Assembly: GCA_044870765.1 (NCBI GenBank) | Contig: JBIOZG010000056.1 | Coordinates: 1-20,552, forward strand | DNA: 20,552 nt | Direction: 5' to 3' | Source of the DNA: Nitrososphaeraceae archaeon | Lineage (GTDB): Archaea > Thermoproteota > Nitrososphaeria > Nitrososphaerales > Nitrososphaeraceae | In this document: in pieces, positions 9,157-16,860 of the stretch | Position numbering within the stretch: position 1 is the stretch's first letter | How the letters are laid out: each line of letters starts with the position of its first letter | The notes under the pieces: generated by a model | Database searches by the model: none | What the model was told of the DNA's origin: nothing | Seen by the model: only the letters and a program-made list of their open reading frames with translations | Made by a program: the position numbers and the translations under genes

Positions 9157-9483
9157 TTAAAAATTGATGAGGTCGATGCGAATAGCAATGAACAAGTTTC
9201 CCACCTCAAGGATTTTTTTAATTAACCGGTAACTCAACGGCAAGAATGAACCGATCTGAACTGAACTATTGTTATTCGGGCATATTGTTCTATCATTTAG
9301 CGAATAGCAGTTAGGTGGCAAGTATTTTGTATTCTTCGATTTGGTATTTTCGTCCACAAAAAAGAATATTATGGCCCAAATAGTTGCGGCAATAATGATT
9401 GCTATAATTATCAATGCTATCTTTCGTTGAAATAATCTAGAAATTCTCGAATTGTTGACACCCTCTCGAAGATTAGGCAACAT
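9157..9483 (-). CDS. Hypothetical single-TM protein lying between hairpins U2 and U3
   Basis: 108-aa ORF with hydrophobic IALIIIAIIIAATIWAIIFFFV and a Cys pair (NCYSLNDRTIC). Confidence 0.55.
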   Translation of the reverse strand: MLPNLREGVNNSRISRLFQRKIALIIIAIIIAATIWAIIFFFVDENTKSKNTKYLPPNCYSLNDRTICPNNNSSVQIGSFLPLSYRLIKKILEVGNLFIAIRIDLINF

Positions 9484-9499
9484 TTTATAAATAATTTAA

Positions 9500-9548
9500 C
9501 TGATGGGTCCTCTTAATCATCTGCGACACAAAAGGTAGGACCCACCAG
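9500..9548 (-). repeat. Hairpin unit U3
   Basis: CTGATGGGTCCT-N25-AGGACCCACCAG; 12-bp stem with one plus-strand A/C mismatch (G-U on the minus strand). Confidence 0.85.
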
Positions 9549-9604
9549 AGGCTATATTCTTGGTTCTGAAATATAATCGGCATTAAACCATATAAGACTT
9601 AATT

Positions 9605-9654
9605 CTGACGGGAAGACGATGAATTAGAATGCAAACTAATTGTCCTCCCATCAG
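9605..9654 (-). repeat. Hairpin unit U4
   Basis: CTGACGGGAAGAC-N24-GTCCTCCCATCAG; 13-bp minus-strand stem with 2 G-U. Confidence 0.85.
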
Positions 9655-9796
9655 TGTTAGAGTAGTTCGGTAATTAATATTCGCAAACACATAATAAAAA
9701 ATTTACTCTTTGAGGTTCTGTATTATATTAGAAATTTTGAAATAAAATTTTCGCGTATTGTAATATGTCTGTCTTGAATGCATTTTTGGGATAGTC

Positions 9797-9840
9797 ATTG
9801 GTTGGTGCTCCATCTGGCCCGATAGGCACCAATCAATTTT
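9797..9840 (+). other. Isolated 12-bp hairpin followed by a T run (terminator-like or small RNA)
   Basis: ATTGGTTGGTGC-N17-GCACCAATCAAT-TTT, with one G-T pair on the plus strand. Confidence 0.5.
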
Positions 9841-10131
9841 ACTATTGACGAAGACATGATTTTTGTATAATTCTAGCCGTTAACGCAAACTTGATAAAAT
9901 ATCTAGTATATTTCGTTAATAGCGATTATGTGATTGGTATCTCTTCATCTTCAAATTGTAGCCTACGGCAACTAAGACACTTATCTCTCCATTCATTAAA
10001 TTGGGAAATAGAATTAATAATAACCGACGACAGAATCAGAGATTTTCATGCATAGCACCGTCTATGCGACAGTCAGGATTTCGGAACTTATCATTGCATT
10101 GGCATTCGTTAAAAAGGGAATAAATAATTTT

Positions 10132-10215
10132 CTAATGCGCATATGCAATAGCGGTTACGACCAGTCCCATAATAATGACCGTTAGTGCAGTCGCAGCGAA
10201 TTGTAAAATCAACAT
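10132..10215 (-). CDS. Possible 27-aa hydrophobic membrane micropeptide
   Basis: MLILQFAATALTVIIMGLVVTAIAYAH*, almost entirely one TM helix; overlaps the doubtful 61-aa track ORF in another frame. Confidence 0.4.
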   Translation of the reverse strand: MLILQFAATALTVIIMGLVVTAIAYAH

Positions 10216-10329
10216 TACAATAGTTAAAAAATCCAATTAAAACCTTAATGTAAGAAAATTCTGATATTTGTTCTGTAAATAAAATCGTACTCATATTTCA
10301 GCATTCATAGTTGTTCAGTCTTTGACCGT

Positions 10330-10923
10330 TTAGTGCAGGGTGTCATTTTTGTAATCGCTCATCAAATCCTGGATTTCAAAGTTACCGAGTTTGTCTTGGC
10401 TTTCGAGTTCTTTTCTGGTGTCGAGTTCTTTTCTGGCGACACTATCGTTATCTTTATCACCTTGATTCGTTGTAATCTGACTATCCTCCGTTGCAATCTC
10501 TTTATCTTTTGTCAAAAGATTATCATTTTTCAAATCAAAGCCCTTAGGGACTTGAACTTTATTATCATCAGATAACTCGTCGGTCGATACTTTCGGGCCA
10601 ATGGGCTTTATGCCTAATTCACCCCCATTAATAGTCAAACCGACGTCAGTTTGTGAATGAGTACAGCCCAAATCTTCGCCTCTAGAAGTTGTTTTACATT
10701 CTGTACAGTATTGAGTGGTCTTTTCGGTGGAACTATCGGTCTCCAGTTGACAACAAGTCTCCGTTGTAATCCCATCAGAAGTACTTTTTTCACAAAGTTT
10801 CACACTCTTTACTTTCAATGCATATAAATCTGAAGAGATCGAATTATAAATTACCGCGATAATCAAGGTCGATATAATTATAGACACAAAAAATCTGTAA
10901 TACATTTCCCTATCTGGTCTCAT
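10330..10923 (-). CDS. Secreted or membrane-anchored protein with a Cys-rich domain and an acidic tail
   Basis: N-terminal hydrophobic segment, six Cys (C, CC, CxxC, C), then a D/E/K-rich low-complexity C-terminus. Confidence 0.75.
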   Translation of the reverse strand: MRPDREMYYRFFVSIIISTLIIAVIYNSISSDLYALKVKSVKLCEKSTSDGITTETCCQLETDSSTEKTTQYCTECKTTSRGEDLGCTHSQTDVGLTINGGELGIKPIGPKVSTDELSDDNKVQVPKGFDLKNDNLLTKDKEIATEDSQITTNQGDKDNDSVARKELDTRKELESQDKLGNFEIQDLMSDYKNDTLH

Positions 10924-10950
10924 GGAACCTATTTAATTTTTCTCATTATA

Positions 10951-10974
10951 TGACAGTCTATGATAGTACTGTCA
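10951..10974. promoter_or_regulatory. Inverted repeat TGACAGT-N10-ACTGTCA in the divergent 10923/ku intergenic region
   Basis: 7-bp perfect arms with an inner CTA/TAG; abuts the minus-strand TATAAT of the 10923 gene. Confidence 0.45.
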
Positions 10975-11134
10975 AAGATAAAAGATTCAGTAGAAAATCA
11001 AGGCATCCTCTTTGCATTAGGAATTCTTAATTTTTTTGAGCGTAGGAAGTGGTCTGTTGAGTTGGTTGTATTTGATCAGTTACCCGTCCTCTATTATGAG
11101 CTGTTATAATCTTTGTTGGCTAAAATTACGATAT

Positions 11135-11920
11135 ATGCCGACTAGAAGTTTATGGCAAGGTAGTATTTCGTTCGGTCTTGTCAGCATACCGATTAAACTG
11201 TATACGGCAACAAACAGCAGAGAATACGTCTTCAACCAACTATGTCAAAATGGACATAGAATTAGATACAAAAAATGGTGTCCAGAGGAAGAAAGAGAGG
11301 TTCCTTATTCTGAGATAAAAAAAGGTTATGAAGTTGAAAGAGACAATTACATAGTATTCGAAAAAGAAGAACTAAACAAGGTAAAACTAAAGACGACCCA
11401 TTCCATCGATATTAAGGAATTTATAGAATACAAAGAGCTCGATCCTATCTTAATTGATAATAGTTATTACGTCGCCACTGATGCAAAAAAAGGAAACGAA
11501 AAGGCCTACGCACTTTTAGTGAAGATACTAAATGACAATAACTTGGTGGCCATAGGAAAAGTTATTCTAAAGGATAGAGAAAACGTGGTAGCCTTGAGAC
11601 CTTACCAGAGAGGTCTTGTGATGCACGTCTTAAATTACCTAGATGATATGAAGCCTGTAGATGAGATACCAGAAATGGGGAACGCAAAGTCAAAACTAGA
11701 ACCGGAAGAAATTTCGCTTGGCAAAATACTGGTGCAAAAATATCTCAGTAAGGGTTTTGATATTGGAGATTACTCCGACACCTATGTTAAAGAACTTAAA
11801 AAACTTATAGACGCAAAGAGTAAAGGGAAGAAGTTTGTTTCATCCACCCCTAAGGAAGCAAAGCCAACTAAGGATCTTCTTGAGGCCTTGAAGGCCAGTA
11901 TCGAAACCAAAAAGAAGTAA
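11135..11920 (+). CDS. ku: Prokaryotic Ku (NHEJ DNA end-binding protein)
   Basis: MPTRSLWQGSISFGLVSIPIKLYTAT, RIRYKKWC, EIKKGYEV, IDIKEF, SYYV, KAYALL, D-x-S-D-T-Y and DLLEALKAS. ATG at 11135 has TTATAA about 26-31 nt upstream. Confidence 0.95.
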   Translation: MPTRSLWQGSISFGLVSIPIKLYTATNSREYVFNQLCQNGHRIRYKKWCPEEEREVPYSEIKKGYEVERDNYIVFEKEELNKVKLKTTHSIDIKEFIEYKELDPILIDNSYYVATDAKKGNEKAYALLVKILNDNNLVAIGKVILKDRENVVALRPYQRGLVMHVLNYLDDMKPVDEIPEMGNAKSKLEPEEISLGKILVQKYLSKGFDIGDYSDTYVKELKKLIDAKSKGKKFVSSTPKEAKPTKDLLEALKASIETKKK

Positions 11921-11939
11921 ATGTAATCTCAGATAACAA

Positions 11940-12704
11940 ATGTCCGACGGGTTTCTAACTTTAGACTATGGGAATGTTACCGAAAAAATTACAAGTTTTA
12001 TTTCGGGCCAAGTCAAATCAAGAAAGAAAAATGGCGTAGTTATCGGGCTCAGCGGTGGCATCGACTCATCAGTCTGCACTATTTTGGCATGCAGAGCGCT
12101 TGGAAACAAAAGGATAATTGGTTTGAGTATGCCGGAAAAAGATCTGACGCCCAAAATAAATCTTCAAAATGCTCGTTCCTTGGCAAAAAAACTCAAAATT
12201 AGATATAAGGAAATTAATATTGAACGTGGAAAAAGGATTTTACTGAACAAGTCTCCGAGGGATAAACTAGCGGGAGGAAATTTTTCAGCACGACTTAGGA
12301 TGGCCTTGCTTTATTATTATGCTGCAACCAATAATTTACTAGTATTAGGAACTGCTGACAAGAGTGAACTAATGATAGGGTATTTTACCAAATTTGGTGA
12401 CGAAGGAGCTGATATATTTCCCATTGGAGAATTGTATAAAAGCCAGGTTAGATTGTTGGGGAAAGAACTACAAATACCGGAACAAATCTTGCAACAACCA
12501 AGCAGTCCTGGATTTTGGAAAGGTCAACTAGCGGAAAAAGAAATTGGATTGCCATATAATGAGATTGATAGAATCTTGGAATCTTATCTAAAGAAGAATT
12601 TGAATAGATGTGAATTTGGCAAGAGAAAGATAAAGTTAGTAACTGACATGATAAGGAAAAATCGGCATAAAAAGGATGAGATACCAATATGCAATCCTTT
12701 TTAG
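11940..12704 (+). CDS. nadE: NH3-dependent NAD+ synthetase
   Basis: GLSGGIDSS, GNFSARLRM, LVLGTADKSE, GYFTKFGDEG and PIGELYKSQV; no glutaminase domain; starts 19 nt after ku. Confidence 0.93.
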   Translation: MSDGFLTLDYGNVTEKITSFISGQVKSRKKNGVVIGLSGGIDSSVCTILACRALGNKRIIGLSMPEKDLTPKINLQNARSLAKKLKIRYKEINIERGKRILLNKSPRDKLAGGNFSARLRMALLYYYAATNNLLVLGTADKSELMIGYFTKFGDEGADIFPIGELYKSQVRLLGKELQIPEQILQQPSSPGFWKGQLAEKEIGLPYNEIDRILESYLKKNLNRCEFGKRKIKLVTDMIRKNRHKKDEIPICNPF

Positions 12705-12746
12705 TTTGAGTATCAGGAACTGTTTGTCTAAATTTACTTTTTACAA

Positions 12747-13216
12747 TTATCCTTGGAAACTTAGGCCGCAGTTGTCACAATACCTTGCCGTACTCCGATT
12801 TTCTATACCGCAACTATTGCATTTCTTATTCTCTGAAGTCTCAGCCATTGGATGATCCAAGGCGATTTTCTGCTTTACGATTCTATCTAATATCTCCCCA
12901 AATTTGGTCGAAGAACTGATTTGTGATTCTTTCAGAGCCTCAGATATAGCATCAGATATTGTTGACGCCATCATTCCAAATAGCATTAGGAAGTAGGGAC
13001 TAACATGTATGTCCGGGGTAAAATTACCGTCTAAATCCTTTCCTTGCTAGGAGGATCCAATAGATTTGGTGCCTCCAAAAATTTCAAGAAAGTATCATCA
13101 GGCATTTTTCTAAGGACGTCAAATAACCGATCCTTAAATTTATCCATAAAATACCACTCCGCTGGGAATTCCTTTGCCAACCAAGGATGTGATTTTTCCT
13201 TAATTTCATCAGACAT
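12747..13216 (-). pseudogene. Frameshifted gene (about 156 aa if rejoined) with a C-terminal zinc ribbon
   Basis: The frame of the 12747-12986 ORF stays open upstream (QGKDLDGNFTPDIHVSPYFL-MLFG) to about 13046 and overlaps the end of the 13031-13216 ORF. Adding one base joins them. C-terminus CNSCG-x3-RSTARYCDNCG. Confidence 0.6.
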
Positions 13217-13388
13217 TATTTTTGATAAGAATTGGTTTGATTAAAATATTGTCTTTATTATTTAAGATTCTTAATGCACCTAGTTGCACAGTTACTATCA
13301 TGGAGTTAGTGTGATTAGGAACAGGATGTCTGAGTAAAGTTATTTAAAATATAATGACTATGTCAGAAGATCAGAATGATAAACGGCT

Positions 13389-13619
13389 GTGTCAAATGAA
13401 ACGATTGGAAAATACCTTCTAAAAATTCAAGAGAAGACAATTGATGACCAAGGAAGTTACGTTGATATGTATAAAATTGGAGAAGACATCGGATTAGTAG
13501 ACAAAATTCAAACTGATCATATCGTAGGGATTCTTTTGAAGGACGGGTACATAATTAATGGTAGAGAAAATTCTAAAATCAAATTAACCAAAGAAGGCTA
13601 CAAAAGACTAAAGAAATAA
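13389..13619 (+). CDS. Small hypothetical protein, possibly winged-helix
   Basis: IGEDIGL...IVGILLKDGYI...IKLTKEG resembles a wHTH wing (LTxxG). GTG start is uncertain. Confidence 0.6.
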   Translation: MSNETIGKYLLKIQEKTIDDQGSYVDMYKIGEDIGLVDKIQTDHIVGILLKDGYIINGRENSKIKLTKEGYKRLKK

Positions 13620-13701
13620 TCATACATAATAATCAACTTACAAAGTATTTTCAGAGTCGGTCTTCTTTTATGCTGCTATATCCCTTACAGTTCCCTCAGA
13701 T

Positions 13702-13881
13702 CTAAGTCTCTTTTATTAATGACCTCATTTTTTCATTAAAGGCTGGAATAAAGTCTTGCTTTTTTATACCGTGAGCATTGAATGCGTGCTTTTGACCTTT
13801 TGTAAAGAGCTCATAGTCGCTCTCTGCTTGCGCAATGTAATCGCAATCAAATCCAGCGTCTCGACATGATAAGGATTTCAT
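13702..13881 (-). CDS. DUF1059-family small metal-binding protein (59 aa, not in the ORF track)
   Basis: MKSLSCRDAGFDCDYIAQAESDYELFTKGQKHAFNAHGIKKQDFIPAFNEKMRSLIKET*, with CxDxGxxC...HAxxxHG. Confidence 0.85.
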   Translation of the reverse strand: MKSLSCRDAGFDCDYIAQAESDYELFTKGQKHAFNAHGIKKQDFIPAFNEKMRSLIKET

Positions 13882-14090
13882 GTTAAGAATGGTTCAGTAA
13901 ACTATAAAAGAATTAGAGGTACGACTGGTGATTTCCAACGTGTAAAAACACATTGATACTAATTTGCAAAACGTTTAATGGAAAAGAGACAAACATTGTT
14001 ATTTTCTTCAAGAACATTAAAGAATACTATTGATAAGTCGCGAATTGACCCGTCCCTTTTGTAATCGCCTATGGACTAGATTTACTTGTT

Positions 14091-14330
14091 TTAGCCTTCA
14101 GTTACATTACCCCATATTTGCATTGCAAATCCAACTGCCAATAAAGCAGCACCCAACTGAGCGATTCTTGTCTCTAGCAGTCGATGTTTTTCCTCGTACA
14201 CATTCTCGTCATAATGCGTTTGAGACTCCTTCTTAATAGTCTTCTTCGACCGAAAAATTCTACCATAGCCGATCAGAATAGATGCAATTAAGTTAATCAC
14301 CAAACCAATTAGCATAAGTGTCTTTGCCAT
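14091..14330 (-). CDS. Small two-TM membrane protein
   Basis: Two hydrophobic helices flank a charged loop. Confidence 0.7.
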   Translation of the reverse strand: MAKTLMLIGLVINLIASILIGYGRIFRSKKTIKKESQTHYDENVYEEKHRLLETRIAQLGAALLAVGFAMQIWGNVTEG

Positions 14331-14389
14331 CTGCTTTAATTAATAGGCTGAGATCTTGTGATTCGAAGAGATTTTAAGTAATATGTCAA

Positions 14390-14794
14390 TTAAAATATGT
14401 TTTCCGAGTATCTATTTTCAGAAACGAACTCTTCAAGTGACATTATTAAACACAAATTCAAGATTTTATAACCGTATAGTCCAAATAGTTTCTTAAATTG
14501 TCTCTGCGTTACTAGTTCAGAGAACATCGGTTTTCTTCTTGCTAACTTCTTAAACAATCCAATGAGGTTTATTGTATTAAACATCGATCTGTAAGGTAAC
14601 ACATAACAACCAAGATTCTGTAATGACAGAACAATATCCAAGCCTTGGATATCTCTTATTATCCTAAAGAAAGTTTCTTCCTCCGAAACTTCCGTTCGTT
14701 TCACTGTAACTTCCTTTAAATTTTTGATATTCCCTATACATTGAGATTTAGTGTCTATAACTAGTTTTGATCCTGAGGTTGCTTTCCCAACCAT
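14390..14794 (-). CDS. Hypothetical protein or gene fragment
   Basis: 134-aa ORF with no recognisable motif. Confidence 0.35.
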   Translation of the reverse strand: MVGKATSGSKLVIDTKSQCIGNIKNLKEVTVKRTEVSEEETFFRIIRDIQGLDIVLSLQNLGCYVLPYRSMFNTINLIGLFKKLARRKPMFSELVTQRQFKKLFGLYGYKILNLCLIMSLEEFVSENRYSENIF

Positions 14795-14946
14795 ACATAA
14801 ATAATGTGCAACAAAGGCTAAAAATAAGCAATTTCTGCCTTGCCTTACGCTGATATAAGTTTATATCATTCAGGCATTTAAAAACAGTTTTGTATATTAC
14901 TTTACTACATAAGGAATAATAATATTTGTTAATTAAAAATAAAAAA

Positions 14947-15114
14947 TTATGCCGGATCTTTTTCGTCATTATCTTCGTCGACCATTTCTGCTGCCTCTTC
15001 TCTTAAGTTTTCAGCAGGTCCAGTCGTCTCAGGATCATTTTCAGCGGCTCCGGGCTTTTTCTGATTTTTCTGGGCTTCTTCAAGACCCTTGTTATCGTCA
15101 GTTGTCTCGCTCAT
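14947..15114 (-). CDS. Small acidic hydrophilic (stress-like) protein
   Basis: MSETTDDNKGLEEAQKNQKKPGAAENDPETTGPAENLREEAAE...; shared promoter motif upstream of ATG 15114. Confidence 0.7.
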   Translation of the reverse strand: MSETTDDNKGLEEAQKNQKKPGAAENDPETTGPAENLREEAAEMVDEDNDEKDPA

Positions 15115-15285
15115 TGTACTAATATACATAGCAACAAAGGTTAAGAATGTATAAAAATGGTTCAGTGAACCTATTTTTCTTTCTATTATTTCATTATTGC
15201 ATCAGATAGACAGCCTACAAATTAATATTTGATAAGGATCTATTCTAAACTACACCTACACAGATTCCCCTTTCGGATTGCTTAA

Positions 15286-15537
15286 CTACGCCGCACGTAG
15301 ATGCTTTTGAGATTTTATTTTATCCAGAAAATATGCTAAAAGAGTTTTTTGGTCCGCCCAAGCGCTTTTTCTCCAAAGAAGTTTATAGGTGATTTGAGAT
15401 ATGATATACCAAGCAATTGAATTTACAAGAAGAGTAACAAGAAATCCTAAATAAACTGTCATGATTACCCCAGTTATTGTACCGCCTATTAGGAAAGGAA
15501 CTTGGCGCTTTATCGCAGTTACTACATTATGATCCAA
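15286..15537 (-). CDS. Small membrane protein
   Basis: Hydrophobic PFLIGGTITGVIMTVYLGFLVTLLVNSIAWYII; start is uncertain. Confidence 0.65.
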   Translation of the reverse strand: MDHNVVTAIKRQVPFLIGGTITGVIMTVYLGFLVTLLVNSIAWYIISQITYKLLWRKSAWADQKTLLAYFLDKIKSQKHLRAA

Positions 15538-15737
15538 AATGTGCTACAACTATTAATACAGAACAATCCTTAATAATGCACTCATTTAGTTCTAACCCAG
15601 TGAATGTTCTAAATAACGACTGCAGTAACTCTCGGTTAATATTTTCAGTAAATAAGGTTTCATCTGTTTAGTTCTTATTGCTCTCATTATTGGTATACTG
15701 AATACTGCTATTGCAGTTGAAAGAACTTCGTCGATTA

Positions 15738-15965
15738 ACTGGTCAAAGATATGTATAAGTCCACTTGTCGATAATCTCGCACAGAACCCTGCGGTTCGCT
15801 GACTAGTCCCAATGGCACCGCGTTGACCGACCCCGGAAGAAAAATTTTAGTCTGTCTTATGCTAGGGGGGCTGTCTAAGTCTTTTGGACTTCCAGAAGAG
15901 CAGTTGAAGCTCTTGTTACCATCTTCAGGATGTACCGGCTTCAGTCCACAATTGCCCACTCAACC
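15738..15965 (-). ncRNA. Candidate structured ncRNA of unknown family
   Basis: About 52% GC over 15776-15965 (hand count 98/190) in an AT-rich intergenic region. Minus-strand helices: UGGACU/AGUCCA, CCGG/CUGG, CAUC/GAUG, AAGAGC-UUCAACU-GCUCUU, CCCC/GGGG, GAACC/GGUUC and GGUCAA/UUGACC. Confidence 0.55.
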
Positions 15966-16128
15966 ATAAAACAACTCGAATATTTTGTTTTGATATTTTC
16001 GCTCATCTATTAGGTAAAGGCTTGACTCTCAGCTGTAGTGCATACAAATTATCCTTTGTAAATGCTCTAGGAATGATCAAGTGAATATTCTTTTGCAAAT
16101 CATCACATACAACAAATTAAAAAAAGTT

Positions 16129-16171
16129 AAGACTATATCAGGACCAGTAGGACTGGCAAATTAAAAAAGTA
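16129..16171 (+). pseudogene. 3'-end remnant of a paralog of the 8657-8905 gene
   Basis: 36/43 nt identical to 8870-8912; KTISGPVGLAN* versus KVISGPVGQAN*, each followed by AAAAGTA. Confidence 0.7.
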
Positions 16172-16221
16172 AATTAATTTTTCAGAGATATGGCAGATTA
16201 CGGCAAAAAGTATTGTATAGA

Positions 16222-16452
16222 CTAATCGTGCTTGTATGCCTTGGCCTCATCTTTAGTAACACTGAACCAGACTTTATCTCCGTCGAACTTAGCAACTTTG
16301 CTTCTAGGTAAATAAAACTTATCTTTATCAACAACTCCTCTTTTTGTTACTACAAATTCTTCATTCAACTCTTGCACCTCACCCAAATCGTAATCATCTA
16401 GTCCCCTTGCTTCCTTTTTTATGATCTTGTCCCAATCTATTATATCGTTCAT
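16222..16452 (-). CDS. Single-domain PRC-barrel-like (DUF2171-like) protein
   Basis: IDWDKIIKKEARGLDDYDLGEV...KFYLPRSKVAKFDGDKVWF. Confidence 0.8.
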   Translation of the reverse strand: MNDIIDWDKIIKKEARGLDDYDLGEVQELNEEFVVTKRGVVDKDKFYLPRSKVAKFDGDKVWFSVTKDEAKAYKHD

Positions 16453-16571
16453 ATAGTGTAGTATAGCAACATTTCATATAAAGATTGAAAAATCCATTTG
16501 CGCCAAATATTGAACTCTTCTGAGGTCGGCCATGTTAAATCTGTTAAATAGTTTTATGACAATAACACATC

Positions 16572-16793
16572 ATGAGTAACTCAACCGTCCTGTCAAATAC
16601 TATGTACGATATCTTGAACGCAATGGGCAAAGATGCAGAATTTCTTTACGATACAATTGACAAGTACATAAAAGACGCAAAAGACGCAAATAAACAATAC
16701 TTAGTTGACACTTGGCAAAAGATTAAAGATGATAAATTAAATCATGTAACTATGTTGAAGGATGCTCTTGAAAAGGAGATCCACGGGGGATAA
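16572..16793 (+). CDS. Small helical ferritin-like protein
   Basis: Two-helix pattern YIKDAKDAN...WQKIKDDKLNHVTMLKDAL with a DxxH motif. Confidence 0.65.
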   Translation: MSNSTVLSNTMYDILNAMGKDAEFLYDTIDKYIKDAKDANKQYLVDTWQKIKDDKLNHVTMLKDALEKEIHGG

Positions 16794-16860
16794 GGCGTTT
16801 TTACTGTTGGAATATACAATTCCTTTTGGTAATACTACACGATTCTGGTAGGTAAAGAAT

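Noticed and set aside
8943-9654. Integron attC sites or C/D-box sRNAs
   Set aside because: No RYYYAAC/GTTRRRY cores or integrase. CTGA occurs only as part of the paired stem, and no correctly placed RUGAUGA/CUGA pair is present.
10109-10294. 61-aa Cys-containing ORF
   Set aside because: No coherent motif; the overlapping frame encodes a more plausible hydrophobic peptide.
11036-11134. N-terminal extension of Ku from TTG 11036
   Set aside because: Ku homology begins at MPTRSLW, and a TATA box lies just before ATG 11135.
15735-15959. 74-aa ORF; also tRNA, hammerhead, RNase P or SRP identity
   Set aside because: The GTG-started peptide is motif-less. There is no cloverleaf, CUGAAGA lacks a matching GAAA core, and the RNase P and SRP conserved motifs are incomplete or out of order.
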